Positions 48,012-57,998 of a stretch of 64,000 nt of DNA are shown here, piece after piece. The DNA lies in assembly GCA_031411835.1 (NCBI GenBank), contig JANOBV010000274.1, forward strand, positions 132 to 64,131, given 5' to 3'. Source of the stretch: Bacteroidota bacterium (lineage in GTDB: Bacteria > Bacteroidota > Bacteroidia > AKYH767-A > 2013-40CM-41-45). A model generated the notes under the pieces. The model was not told the DNA's origin. It searched no databases and saw nothing but the letters and a program-made list of their open reading frames with translations. The position numbers were made by a program, and so were the translations under genes. The stretch's first letter is position 1. Each line of letters starts with the position of its first letter.

Positions 48012-49539
48012 TGTAATAATTTATTCGAGAGTCTCTACAGACGAACAAGCAGATAAAGGATACAGTTTAAGATCCCAGGAAGAAAAGATGCAAACTTTTT
48101 GTAAGTTTTTAAATTACAATATAGTCAAGCATTTTCAGGAAGACTTCTCCGCTAAGACATTTGACAGACCACAGTTCAATCAACTTTTATTATTTCTTAA
48201 GGAAAATAAAAATATTAGAAAACTTATTCTTATAAAATGGGACAGGTTTTCAAGGAATGTTTCAGACGCACTGAATATGCTGAAGACTTTACGACTTATG
48301 AATGTCGAAGTTATAGCAATCGAACAACCAATAGACATCAACATTCCGGAACAGAAAATGATGCTTTCAATTTATCTCACCGCACCTGAAATTGAAAATG
48401 ACCGTCGATCTTTAAACACCATGTCAGGAATGCGCAGGGCACAAAGAGAAGGCCGATGGGTAGCTTCAGCACCAAGTGGATACAGTCTCAAGAAAGATGA
48501 ACGGAACAAAACCGTACTTGTCAAGAATGAAAAAGCCAAGCTAGTGGTAATGGCTTATGAATTATATGCTAGTGGAAATTATCATTTGGAAGAAGTTCGA
48601 AGGATCATGAATAAAAAAGGTCTTAATATTGGCCGAAGCCAGTTCTGGAATTTTTTGAGAAATCCTATCTATATTGGAAAGATACATATCAAAGCGTTTG
48701 GTAACGAGGAATCAGAAACTGTAGATGGTCTACATGAAGCGACTGTTTCAAATGAGTTATTTCAAAAAGTACAAGATGTTGCTGAAGGAAAAGCAAGAAT
48801 AAAAACTAGAATGAAAAAAGTCAGTGTCGCATTTCCACTTAGAGGACATTTGATTTGCCCTACATGCAATAAAACTTTAACAGCAAGTAAAAGTAAAGGA
48901 AATGGAGGTCAATATTCTTATTACCATTGCCAATCAGGATGCAAAGAGAGGCAGACCTCAACAGAGATACACGAAACATTCTTAAAGATGCTGAACCAAC
49001 TAACATTAAAACCTAAAGTTGCAGAATTGTATCATGTAATGTTATTGAAGTCATTACAAAAACACCGATCAAATCTTAAGCTAGACAAAAAAACTGTTAA
49101 CGAAAAAATTTCAGTTATAAATAAAAAAATAGAAAAAGTAGATGAGAAGTATATTGAAGATGGGCTAGATAAAGAAACATACAAACGATTAATAAGCAAA
49201 TACAAAAAAGAAATTTCTGAACTTCAATCTCAAATCTTCATTGACTCAATTGCAAATAAAAATGAAATAGAAAATGGACTTGGTCTATTGACCAATTTAG
49301 AAAAGTTCTATGAAAATGCTTCGATTGAAATTAAACAAAAACTGATTAGTTCGATATTCCCGGAAAAATTAATTTATCAGAAAAGAATTTATCGAACCAC
49401 TAAAGCTAGTGAGATACTTCGTCTGCTTTACGCCACTAGAGCGGGTTCTGAGACATTTATAAAAAATGAAAACCGGAAGAAATTGAATTCTTCCGGTCAG
49501 GTAGCCCCGACAGGAATCGAACCTGCATCAAAAGTTTAG
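48004..49539 (+). CDS. Large serine recombinase (integrase)
   Basis: VIIYSRVSTDEQ catalytic-serine motif, recombinase domain, zinc ribbon CPTCNKTLTA...YYHCQSGC and a coiled-coil segment. The last ~14 codons (QVAPTGIEPASKV) are templated by the tRNA gene. Confidence 0.9.
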   Translation: MIDVIIYSRVSTDEQADKGYSLRSQEEKMQTFCKFLNYNIVKHFQEDFSAKTFDRPQFNQLLLFLKENKNIRKLILIKWDRFSRNVSDALNMLKTLRLMNVEVIAIEQPIDINIPEQKMMLSIYLTAPEIENDRRSLNTMSGMRRAQREGRWVASAPSGYSLKKDERNKTVLVKNEKAKLVVMAYELYASGNYHLEEVRRIMNKKGLNIGRSQFWNFLRNPIYIGKIHIKAFGNEESETVDGLHEATVSNELFQKVQDVAEGKARIKTRMKKVSVAFPLRGHLICPTCNKTLTASKSKGNGGQYSYYHCQSGCKERQTSTEIHETFLKMLNQLTLKPKVAELYHVMLLKSLQKHRSNLKLDKKTVNEKISVINKKIEKVDEKYIEDGLDKETYKRLISKYKKEISELQSQIFIDSIANKNEIENGLGLLTNLEKFYENASIEIKQKLISSIFPEKLIYQKRIYRTTKASEILRLLYATRAGSETFIKNENRKKLNSSGQVAPTGIEPASKV

Positions 49540-49573
49540 GAAACTTCTATTCTATCCATTGAACTACGGGGCC
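49500..49573 (-). tRNA. tRNA-Arg (anticodon CCU)
   Basis: Hand-folded cloverleaf. Acceptor GGCCCCG/CGGGGCT, D-arm GTTC/GAAT, anticodon arm GAAGT-TTCCTAA-ACTTT, T-arm GCAGG-TTCGATT-CCTGT, discriminator A. Confidence 0.85.
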
Positions 49574-49811
49574 AAAAATGATAACGAAAGTACGCAAATT
49601 CGGAGTTTTTTAAGGGGATTATGAATGTGACAGGCGGAAACGTAAATGACTGCCAATGCGGTTTTTATGAATAATAATGAATTTTTAAAACTTTTTTGAG
49701 ACAAGATTGTTCTACTACCCAGTGAATATTCCACAAAATAATTTCAATTCTTATTTGCCCGGACGATGTAATATTGGTCAGAGGGAAATCAATGTGCGTA
49801 GAAAGTTTCTA

Positions 49812-50132
49812 ATGCTGTTTTTGCCGGTGTCAATACTTTTATCTGTTGGCTCTTACTTTTTCCCTGAATCAAAAATTCTGTGGCTTGCTCTTTTGGCTTG
49901 CACTTTTTCAGCCATTGTTCTCTACAGCGAAATAAAATACAAGTTCTGTGTCATCTTCGGATTTTTCAACTTGTATAACTTTAAAAAACTCGGCAACCTC
50001 GATCATGTAATCGATCCCGAGAAAAGAAAAATAGATCATCAACGGGTTTTGAAAACTCTTGTGGTGTCAATGTTCTTAGCTTTAGCTTACTCTGCGGGAT
50101 TACACTTTGCGATCATAGTTCTGCATAATTAA
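49812..50132 (+). CDS. Small membrane protein
   Basis: Hydrophobic helices follow the internal ATG (MLFLPVSILLSVGSYFF). The ORF-track start at 49707 is a TTG. Confidence 0.4.
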   Translation: MLFLPVSILLSVGSYFFPESKILWLALLACTFSAIVLYSEIKYKFCVIFGFFNLYNFKKLGNLDHVIDPEKRKIDHQRVLKTLVVSMFLALAYSAGLHFAIIVLHN

Positions 50133-50156
50133 AAACTTTAGCCTGGATTAAAATGA

Positions 50157-50205
50157 TTTCACAGATTCTGAATGTGAAATTATCTCACACGCAGAATCTG
50201 TGAAA
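50157..50205. terminator. 14-bp perfect inverted repeat between convergent genes
   Basis: TTTCACAGATTCTG-(21 nt)-CAGAATCTGTGAAA. A related cacagaat/aatctgtg pair follows at ~50224-50250. Confidence 0.4.
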
Positions 50206-50266
50206 TCTTCGAAATCCTGGTCACACACAGAATCCATTAATCTGTGTAATCCCTGTTTAATATGGG

Positions 50267-51844
50267 TTACTTATCTTTTCCAGTCACAACCTTTTTTACC
50301 CCATTAAAAATCGAATTCCAACTGTAATTAAAAATGAATCGCCTCGGATCTCTTTTGTAATTGATGTTTGCTTTTGTATTTGGATCGCTTTTAGAAGGCA
50401 CATCAGACTTCACAACAAAAGTATTTGCTAACAAAGAAATTATTTTCTTTCCTGTAGTTTGGGACTTTCCATCGACTGCACTCACAACTGCAACCTTTAG
50501 ATCTTTGTAGCTCATATCAACATATCCTTTCGATGAAATCATGGTTGCATGGAAATTAAACTTCAAATAATTAATATAACCATCAGTGGCAGATACACCG
50601 GCAATAAACGGTAACATTGAATTCAATGCCTTCGCAGGGAATGGGCCCATCTCTCCTCTAGAAAAAAATGAATTATCATCTTTAGCCATGGGAAATTCAA
50701 GATGTGATTCGAAATTACTTTTGTCTCCGAAAATTGCTTTTGAATTTACCTTTAATGCATCTTCAAAATGAATGTTAGAAATATTTTCAATATCAGATTT
50801 AATATTTGAAAATGAAATCTTACCGGGATGGTCTGATCCTTCGCGTAATTCTTCATACATCACATCGCCATTCAAAACAATTAAATGATTAATTGAAATT
50901 GGGATATCAATCGACTTCAATCGCTCTTGCAAAGGCAAAGGATATTCAACTTTCGAGAAAATATTCTTATCACGATAAGCATTTAGCTCAAAACTTTTAA
51001 CCTCTATCGAATCCGCAATCACCATTTGTCTTTCAACAAACGATTTCGCATCAAAAGTATTAGAAGTAATAAGTGGAATTGATAATACAATTCTGTCCGT
51101 TTGATTTCCATTTTTCTTTCCAAACAATTTCTTCGAATAATTGGGAACTAATTGAAAAGAATCAATTCGGAGAGATCTATCAGCATAAGAAACTTGCAAA
51201 CCGGAAACCTTAACAGTATACATACTATCTACTGTGAGATAACTTATTCCTTCTAATCTCGCCTTAATGTCATAAGCAGAAAACTCCTTACTATCCTTTA
51301 TCGTATCAACAGAAAATTCACGAATTGATATCAATCCTTTGTCACTTTTAAAGAGAGGAAGTGTATCAGACCTTTTCGTAAAATAAGCAAAATGAGGATC
51401 TACTATTTGTATATTAGAAATATTGATCGAATTTTTTTCTTCTTTCTCTACTTTTAAACTGTCTTTATTATCCTTCGCCCTACTCATCACAATAAATGGT
51501 GAACTGATTACCAGTTTTCTTGCCTGCAGACTTTTAGTATAGATCAATTTGAAAACTGACACACCTTGAATGCTAATTGATTTAGCCTTCATGGATGTTA
51601 ATGGCGAAATTGAAGCGGAATCAGAATTGATCAACTCCACTTCTGAAAGCTTCATTCCTGAACTAAAAATATTTACAAAAACATCACCAACAACCAGGTG
51701 GTACTCGCCTTGCGATTCATTATAGACTTTTACTAATTGGTCTTTTATATACGATTTAAAAATAATTGGTAAAATAAAAATCAGTGCAGCTATTGACAAA
51801 AAAATAATCAAAGAACGTTTTAATATTTGCTTTTTTAGCAGCAT
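50267..51844 (-). CDS. Membrane-anchored protein of unknown function (AsmA/DUF748-like by architecture only)
   Basis: 525-aa ORF. One N-terminal TM helix (SLIIFLSIAALIFILPIIF) and a long beta-rich body. Confidence 0.6.
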   Translation of the reverse strand: MLLKKQILKRSLIIFLSIAALIFILPIIFKSYIKDQLVKVYNESQGEYHLVVGDVFVNIFSSGMKLSEVELINSDSASISPLTSMKAKSISIQGVSVFKLIYTKSLQARKLVISSPFIVMSRAKDNKDSLKVEKEEKNSINISNIQIVDPHFAYFTKRSDTLPLFKSDKGLISIREFSVDTIKDSKEFSAYDIKARLEGISYLTVDSMYTVKVSGLQVSYADRSLRIDSFQLVPNYSKKLFGKKNGNQTDRIVLSIPLITSNTFDAKSFVERQMVIADSIEVKSFELNAYRDKNIFSKVEYPLPLQERLKSIDIPISINHLIVLNGDVMYEELREGSDHPGKISFSNIKSDIENISNIHFEDALKVNSKAIFGDKSNFESHLEFPMAKDDNSFFSRGEMGPFPAKALNSMLPFIAGVSATDGYINYLKFNFHATMISSKGYVDMSYKDLKVAVVSAVDGKSQTTGKKIISLLANTFVVKSDVPSKSDPNTKANINYKRDPRRFIFNYSWNSIFNGVKKVVTGKDK

Positions 51845-52008
51845 CTCAAATTGGTTTAGAAATTAATGTCAAGAGCAAAGAATATATGCAGCGCCAAAAG
51901 TACGCTTAAAATAACTGATTACCTTTTACATAATTCCGAATTTATTTTACATTATCCATACTTTTCAATTATTGAAAAATAACTAAATTCGCAAAAAAAC
52001 ATATTGAA

Positions 52009-52830
52009 ATGAAAAAACTCTACTTTCTAATTCTAATACTCTTCGCAACTTTAGCAAAAGCTCAAAACCCAACAGTAACTGGCGATTCTATACTTTGCCC
52101 AAATTCATCCGGAATGCTAAGCACTCAAACATACGATACTTATCAATGGTTTCTTCGCTACTTTGGATCTTCAACAATTACTCCCATTTCAGGAGCGAAC
52201 TCACAATTTCTATCCATTGATTATGCAACATATGCCGCATCATACTTGTCTGTTGAAGTTACACTTGGTGCAAATGACTACATTTCACCGGAATTTTTTG
52301 TTGACGGTTGGGCTTTCGCAGGATTCTCTGTAATGAGCTCCGGTAACTTCACCGTTGGACCTTTGGGAGAATCAGTTTTATGTCCGGGCGACACAATGTA
52401 TTTTGAAATATTGCAACCATACGATACAAATATTACTTGGTACAATAACGGCGATACGATTCAAGGAATTACAAGTACGATCTTGACTGTCACAGATCCG
52501 GGAGTTTACTACGTTACAGGCGCACCTTCTCTTTGTCAATTATACATAGAAGGTCCGGGAGTTGATTTAACAGTAATCGATTGTCCGGTAGGAATTGATG
52601 AGAATGAAAGCACAACTACCATTTCTGTTTATCCAAATCCTACAGTTGACAAAATCAAAATCATCAATAAGAATAAAGACAAGAATTATATTTTAACTGA
52701 TGCTTTGGGAAAAATTGTAATGAGCGGTGTTTTCGATTCAACAGAAACTGAATTGGATCTTCAATTTTTGAATTCAGGGATCTATTTTTTGAAGACTGAG
52801 AATGGAATTGCGAAAATTGTGAAGCAGTAA
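52009..52830 (+). CDS. Secreted protein with a T9SS (Por) C-terminal sorting domain
   Basis: Signal peptide LILILFATLAKAQN. C-terminus ISVYPNPTVDKIKIIN...LTDALGKIV...LNSGIYFLKTENGIAKIVKQ. Confidence 0.75.
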   Translation: MKKLYFLILILFATLAKAQNPTVTGDSILCPNSSGMLSTQTYDTYQWFLRYFGSSTITPISGANSQFLSIDYATYAASYLSVEVTLGANDYISPEFFVDGWAFAGFSVMSSGNFTVGPLGESVLCPGDTMYFEILQPYDTNITWYNNGDTIQGITSTILTVTDPGVYYVTGAPSLCQLYIEGPGVDLTVIDCPVGIDENESTTTISVYPNPTVDKIKIINKNKDKNYILTDALGKIVMSGVFDSTETELDLQFLNSGIYFLKTENGIAKIVKQ

Positions 52831-52836
52831 AAATAA

Positions 52837-53005
52837 AACACTAAGATCACAAGTTACACAAAAGGCCACGGAATTTAGTTTTACTTTTTACTATCTATTT
52901 TAATATCAAAAACTATAGGTAGTCTTTATAGATTTTTGATTTTAGAATAAATAGCAAAAAGGAATAAATCCGTGGACTTTTGTGTAACTTGTGGTCTTAG
53001 TGTTT
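52837..53005. repeat. Imperfect ~37-bp inverted repeats flanking ~96 bp (MITE-like or long hairpin)
   Basis: aaacactaagatcacaagttacacaaaaggccacgga versus tccgtggactttgtgtaacttgtggtcttagtgttt, with two mismatches and one indel. Confidence 0.7.
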
Positions 53006-53105
53006 CATAATTTCAAAACGACAACATAGATTAAGAACTCCTTAACAGACCATTAACGGAAAATAGAGCACGATTGGCGTATGTTCGCAAGACATACACA
53101 CGATC

Positions 53106-55535
53106 ATGAAAAAGTTTCTTTTCCTCCTCTCATTAATTTCTCTCGGCTCAACATCTTTTTCTTTTGCTAAACTTCCGGAAATAAAAGGGAGTATTAAAAA
53201 TTCGGAGAAAGCTCCAGTTGAATTTGCCAATGTAGTATTATTAATGGCAAATGATAGTTCCATCGTAAAAGCCGGACTAACAGAAACCGACGGTACATAC
53301 AATTTTCAGGATATTCCAATTGGTCAATACAAATTGCTTGTTGCACAATTAGGTTACGAAAAATTTTACAGTGAAACTTTTGAAGTAAAAGAAACATCGG
53401 AACCACTAATTCTAAAAGAAGTTTTACTAGCAGAAAGCGCCATCAATTTACGTGAAGCAACAGTTACGGCAAAGAAACCTCTTATCGAGCATCACATTGA
53501 CAAAACAGTAGTGAATGTAGAAAATAGTATTGTAAATGCGGGTGCTACTGCTATTGAAATTTTAAAGCGTTCACCCGGGGTTATAGTCGACAATGACGGA
53601 AACATTAGCCTGAGTGGAAAGTCAGGTGTCAACGTGATGATCGATGGCAAACCAACTTATCTCTCTGCAAAGGATCTCTATGAAATGCTGAAGAACATGA
53701 ATAGCGATCAACTTAGTCGAATCGATATCATCACAAATCCTTCTGCAAAATATGACGCAGCAGGAAACTCCGGGATCATTGATATTCGTTTGAGAAAAAG
53801 ACAAGACGTTGGACTGAATGGAAGCATTAACGGCAGCTACGGACAAGGTGCCTACCCCGATGCAGGCGGTGGAATTAGTCTTAACTACAGAAAAGAAAAA
53901 ATCAACCTCTTTGGCGGATACGATTATACAAGAGGATATTATTATACACGGACAACATTAGCACGCCGTTTTTTCAGTGATGGAAGTAACACACTTTTTG
54001 ATCAGAGTACTTTTAATAAAGGCGATTACACAAACCAAAATTTCAAAGGCGGAATTGATTATTATATAGGCAAAAAACATTCGTTGTCCGCTGTAGTGAG
54101 AGGAAATTTCAATTCAAACTACGACAGAACTACCAGCACAACGCTTATTAAAAATACTTCAGAAGTTGTAGACAGCAGCTACATTACTGACAACATCAAC
54201 AACAGTAAATGGAACAGTATAACTGGAACACTTAACTATCAATTTAAAATTGATTCGCTAGGCAAAGAATTAACAGTAGATTTAGATAAAGCTAAATACG
54301 ACAACGGAAATGATTTTATTTTTCGAACAACTTATTACGATGTGAATAATGCAGTAGTAAACAATGAACACGCAACCAACGATCAGCCTGCAACAATCAA
54401 TATTAATTCAGCAAAATTAGATTATACTCAACCTTGGAAAAAGACAATGAAAATTGATGCAGGATTAAAAAGTAGTTTTGTTACTACAGATAACGATGTA
54501 AAGTACATGAACTATTATGCAGATCAAGCAGTAATTGATACCGGGAAAACAAATCATTTCAACTATAAAGAAAATATAAATGCTGCCTATATCAATTGGA
54601 CAGGTGAATATAAAAAAGTAGGATTTGAAATTGGTTTCCGTGGGGAGCAAACTATTGCTGATGGCGAACAAGTAGTAAATAATGAGACGTTTAGCAGAAA
54701 TTATTTTCAGTTATTTCCAAGCGCATTTTTTAATTATAAATTCACCGATAAGCACATGACGCGTTTGTCGTATAGCAGAAGGATCGATCGTCCCGGGTAC
54801 CAGCAGTTGAATCCATTCCGGTACTTCCTCGATCCATATACTTATCAGCAAGGTAATCCGAATCTAGAACCACAGATCACTGACAACTACGAAGCCACTT
54901 ACATTTTCAAACAACTTTATACTATTAAATTCAATTACAGTCATACAACAGATGCAATGACACAGATCACAAAGCAGATCGATTCAACGCATACGACATA
55001 TATTAAAATGGAGAACTTGGATTCGAAAGATAATTACGGCGTGAATATCAATTTACCAATTCATGTAACAGAATGGTGGACGAGTTCAAATAACATTTCA
55101 TTATTCAACAACAAATATCAAGGTGTTTCTTCGGTTGGGAATATCGACAAATCGCTTACCTCCTATTTCATAAATTCAGAAAACAGTTTTGAAATGAAAA
55201 AAGGATGGGCATTTGAGATCAGCGGCTACTACCAATCACAAATGGTCTGGGGCACATGGCTTGTCGACCCACAAGGATCAGTGAGTGCCGGAATTAGTAA
55301 AAATCTATTGCAAGATCGGTTACAGCTAAAATTAAATCTAAACGACATTTTCCATACGCAAAAGGAAAGCTCAGCCATAAAATATCAGAATATTGATGCG
55401 AAATTTTCACAAGTATACGACACGCAATTTTTCCGGATCCATGCAAGTTACAATTTCGGGAAAAGGAATATAAAAACTAAAAATCACAGTCGTGGCCCGG
55501 AAGAAGAAAACCGGATTAATTCAGGACGCCAATAG
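53106..55535 (+). CDS. Outer-membrane beta-barrel family protein with an N-terminal carboxypeptidase-regulatory-like domain (TonB-dependent-receptor-like)
   Basis: 809-aa ORF. Signal peptide. GSIKNSEKAPVEFANVVLL...TDGTYNFQDIPIGQYKL. Plug-like IEILKRSPGVIVDNDGNISLSG. Long barrel. Confidence 0.8.
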   Translation: MKKFLFLLSLISLGSTSFSFAKLPEIKGSIKNSEKAPVEFANVVLLMANDSSIVKAGLTETDGTYNFQDIPIGQYKLLVAQLGYEKFYSETFEVKETSEPLILKEVLLAESAINLREATVTAKKPLIEHHIDKTVVNVENSIVNAGATAIEILKRSPGVIVDNDGNISLSGKSGVNVMIDGKPTYLSAKDLYEMLKNMNSDQLSRIDIITNPSAKYDAAGNSGIIDIRLRKRQDVGLNGSINGSYGQGAYPDAGGGISLNYRKEKINLFGGYDYTRGYYYTRTTLARRFFSDGSNTLFDQSTFNKGDYTNQNFKGGIDYYIGKKHSLSAVVRGNFNSNYDRTTSTTLIKNTSEVVDSSYITDNINNSKWNSITGTLNYQFKIDSLGKELTVDLDKAKYDNGNDFIFRTTYYDVNNAVVNNEHATNDQPATININSAKLDYTQPWKKTMKIDAGLKSSFVTTDNDVKYMNYYADQAVIDTGKTNHFNYKENINAAYINWTGEYKKVGFEIGFRGEQTIADGEQVVNNETFSRNYFQLFPSAFFNYKFTDKHMTRLSYSRRIDRPGYQQLNPFRYFLDPYTYQQGNPNLEPQITDNYEATYIFKQLYTIKFNYSHTTDAMTQITKQIDSTHTTYIKMENLDSKDNYGVNINLPIHVTEWWTSSNNISLFNNKYQGVSSVGNIDKSLTSYFINSENSFEMKKGWAFEISGYYQSQMVWGTWLVDPQGSVSAGISKNLLQDRLQLKLNLNDIFHTQKESSAIKYQNIDAKFSQVYDTQFFRIHASYNFGKRNIKTKNHSRGPEEENRINSGRQ

Positions 55536-55556
55536 TAAAATTCAAATATTCTCTTT

Positions 55557-55600
55557 GCCTCATTCTTCTCTATAATTTAAAGAAGAATGAGGCATTTTTT
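55557..55600 (+). terminator. Intrinsic terminator
   Basis: GCCTCATTCTTC-(13 nt)-GAAGAATGAGGC followed by a T-run. Confidence 0.75.
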
Positions 55601-55755
55601 ATTAATAAGAACACCACTTTATGAAAATATTCTTTTGATTTCGTGACATTTATACCTAACTTTAATTTGGCTTAAACTAAAGTTGGTCACTGTTCGTCAT
55701 TATTTAAATATTACCTGACCCTATATCATTTATATCACACTTAGGTAAAACCACT

Positions 55756-57081
55756 ATGAGCACTACAATTTCACCTGCCAAAGGCAAACTAGGCGTTTTA
55801 ACCGTCGGTATGGGCGCCGTTTCAACGACATTTATTGCCGGAGTACTTTCGATCCGAAAAGGACTGGAAAAACCCATCGGATCATATTCGCAATTAGGCA
55901 CGATTCGCCTAGGAAAACGAACCGAAAATCGTAATCCGCTAGTCAAAGAATTCGCTGAACTTGCCACACTTGACAGTATGGTCTTTGGAGGTTGGGACAT
56001 TTTCGAAGACAATGCAATGGAAGCTGCATTGAACGCCGGAGTTCTTGACGTTCATAAGCATTTGAACCCTTTGAAAGATGAACTCTCTGCAATTGTTCCA
56101 ATGAAGGCAGTCTTTGATCCAAAATATGTAAAGCGTTTACACGGTTTACATATGAAACCAATCAAATCAAAACGCAAACAAGCAGAAGCTTTAATTGCAG
56201 ACATAAAAGAATTTCGCGAAAAAAATAATTGCAATCGTTTAGTAATGATCTGGTGTGCATCGACTGAAATTTATATCGAAAGATCAGATGTGCATATGTC
56301 AATTGAGGCATTTGAAAAAGGACTTGACGACAATGATCCATCGATCTCTCCATCTATGATCTATGCATATGCAGCGATCAAATCGAAAGTACCATTTGCA
56401 AATGGCGCACCCAATTTAACGATCGACATTCCTGCTCTTGAGCAATTGGCTTTAGAAATGGGAGTACCAATTGCCGGAAAAGATTTCAAGACAGGTCAAA
56501 CACTAATGAAAACAATCGTTGCTCCCGGTTTGAAAGCAAGAATGCTAGGGATCAGAGGTTGGTTTTCTACAAACATTCTTGGTAATCGCGACGGAGAAGT
56601 TTTAGATGATCCGGATAATTTCAAAACCAAAGAAGTTTCTAAACTGAGTGTATTGGATAACATTCTTGAACCTTCTAAACATCCTGAACTGTACAGCGAC
56701 CTTTATCATAAAGTTCGTATCAATTATTATCCGCCGCATGGCGACAATAAAGAAAGTTGGGACAACATTGATATTACAGGATGGATGGGTTACCAAATGC
56801 AAATCAAGATCAATTTTTTATGCAGAGATAGTATTTTAGCTGCGCCAATTGTTTTGGATCTTGCGTTGTTTCTTGACCTTGCTCAACGTTCAGAAATGAG
56901 TGGCATTCAGGAGTGGCTTTCATTTTATTTCAAAGCACCGCATACAGCAGAGGGTCTTCCACCGCAACACGATATTTTCAAACAATTGATGAAATTAGAA
57001 AATACATTACGGCATATAAAAGGTGAAGATTTAATTACACATCTTGGCCTGGATTACTATAAGGAATTTATCGAAGCGTAA
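55756..57081 (+). CDS. ino1: myo-Inositol-1-phosphate synthase
   Basis: 441-aa ORF. GVLTVGMGAVSTTFIAGV Rossmann start, then WCASTE, FANGAPN, GKDFKTGQTLMKT and SKLSVLD segments typical of bacterial/archaeal MIPS. Confidence 0.85.
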   Translation: MSTTISPAKGKLGVLTVGMGAVSTTFIAGVLSIRKGLEKPIGSYSQLGTIRLGKRTENRNPLVKEFAELATLDSMVFGGWDIFEDNAMEAALNAGVLDVHKHLNPLKDELSAIVPMKAVFDPKYVKRLHGLHMKPIKSKRKQAEALIADIKEFREKNNCNRLVMIWCASTEIYIERSDVHMSIEAFEKGLDDNDPSISPSMIYAYAAIKSKVPFANGAPNLTIDIPALEQLALEMGVPIAGKDFKTGQTLMKTIVAPGLKARMLGIRGWFSTNILGNRDGEVLDDPDNFKTKEVSKLSVLDNILEPSKHPELYSDLYHKVRINYYPPHGDNKESWDNIDITGWMGYQMQIKINFLCRDSILAAPIVLDLALFLDLAQRSEMSGIQEWLSFYFKAPHTAEGLPPQHDIFKQLMKLENTLRHIKGEDLITHLGLDYYKEFIEA

Positions 57082-57536
57082 TGCTAAAGCGGCTGAGTAA
57101 AAGTATAGCGACACTTGGCCCAATTGGCTACTTACCAAAAGCCCCGGGGACATGGGGTTCCATGACCGGTGCTCTTATTTGGTACTTGGCTGCCGAGTTT
57201 TTTTCGGGATTTTATAAATATCAAATTGTATGTGTAGTTGCTTCTGCCCTAATTGGAATTATCGTTTCAAATATCGTTAGCAAATCAGGTAGTAAAGACC
57301 CGAAAGAGGTTGTCATTGATGAATTAACAGGAATGTGGATCGCATTGCTCTGGCTCCCACATTCTATAAAACTTACCATTATTGCGTTAATCCTCTTTAG
57401 AATTTTCGATATTGCAAAACCTTTCGGAATCCGGCGTTTGGAAAAAGTGAAAGGTGGTTGGGGAATCATGCTCGACGATATAGCAGCCGGAATTGTAAGT
57501 GCATTAATTCTACATACCACATTATACCTGATTTGA
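57081..57536 (+). CDS. PgpA-family phosphatase (phosphatidylinositol-phosphate phosphatase candidate)
   Basis: LGPIGYLPKAPGTWGS, DPKEVVIDELTGMW and FRIFDIAKPFGIR...GGWGIMLDDIAAG. TAATG overlap with the MIPS gene. Confidence 0.8.
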   Translation: MLKRLSKSIATLGPIGYLPKAPGTWGSMTGALIWYLAAEFFSGFYKYQIVCVVASALIGIIVSNIVSKSGSKDPKEVVIDELTGMWIALLWLPHSIKLTIIALILFRIFDIAKPFGIRRLEKVKGGWGIMLDDIAAGIVSALILHTTLYLI

Positions 57537-57557
57537 TTTTCAGGAACAAAATAACAG

Positions 57558-57998
57558 ATGAGTACCACATTAATCGGAAAAAGGAAATTTACCAAGCTTA
57601 GCCAATCCACATTTCTGGCTAAGAACAGTCGTTTTCTACGATTTCAGTTGTCAGCCCTCACCGCTACGATGGTAGATTTCTCAATGACAATTATCCTCAA
57701 AAACATATTTGAACTTCATTATACTACTGCAGTTGCACTAGGTGCATTTTGCGGAGCAATCACAGCATTCCTCATTAATCGTTTCTGGGTCTTTTCTGCA
57801 ACGGAAAACCATGTTGGAAAACAAGCATTCAAATATTCAGCAGTAGTTTTAGGAAGTATTTTTCTCAATACTGCCGGAACATATCTGTTAACTGAATCAA
57901 TGATGTTAACATACCTTCTTTCAAAAGCAATTGTTGCTTTGATTGTTGGATTTACATATTCATATTACTTTTCAAAACGATTTGTTTTTTATGCTTAA
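57558..57998 (+). CDS. GtrA-family membrane protein
   Basis: 146-aa ORF with four TM helices. FLRFQLSALTATMVDF and INRFWVF motifs. Confidence 0.7.
   Translation: MSTTLIGKRKFTKLSQSTFLAKNSRFLRFQLSALTATMVDFSMTIILKNIFELHYTTAVALGAFCGAITAFLINRFWVFSATENHVGKQAFKYSAVVLGSIFLNTAGTYLLTESMMLTYLLSKAIVALIVGFTYSYYFSKRFVFYA

Larger units (their letters stand above)
32310..49499. mobile_element. Mosaic genomic island adjacent to tRNA-Arg(CCU); left boundary approximate
   Basis: Serine recombinase at the right end, abutting and overlapping the tRNA 3' end. Compositionally foreign block at 32.8-40.4 kb. Defence-type genes, decayed genes and repeat-rich noncoding DNA are present. A relic of a recombinase-leader ORF lies at the left edge. 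Confidence 0.55.

Noticed and set aside
57221-57610. 129-aa minus ORF across the pgpA-like gene, and similar antisense ORFs in the MIPS gene (55704..56012, 55943..56353)
   Set aside because: They are antisense to genes with unambiguous family motifs.
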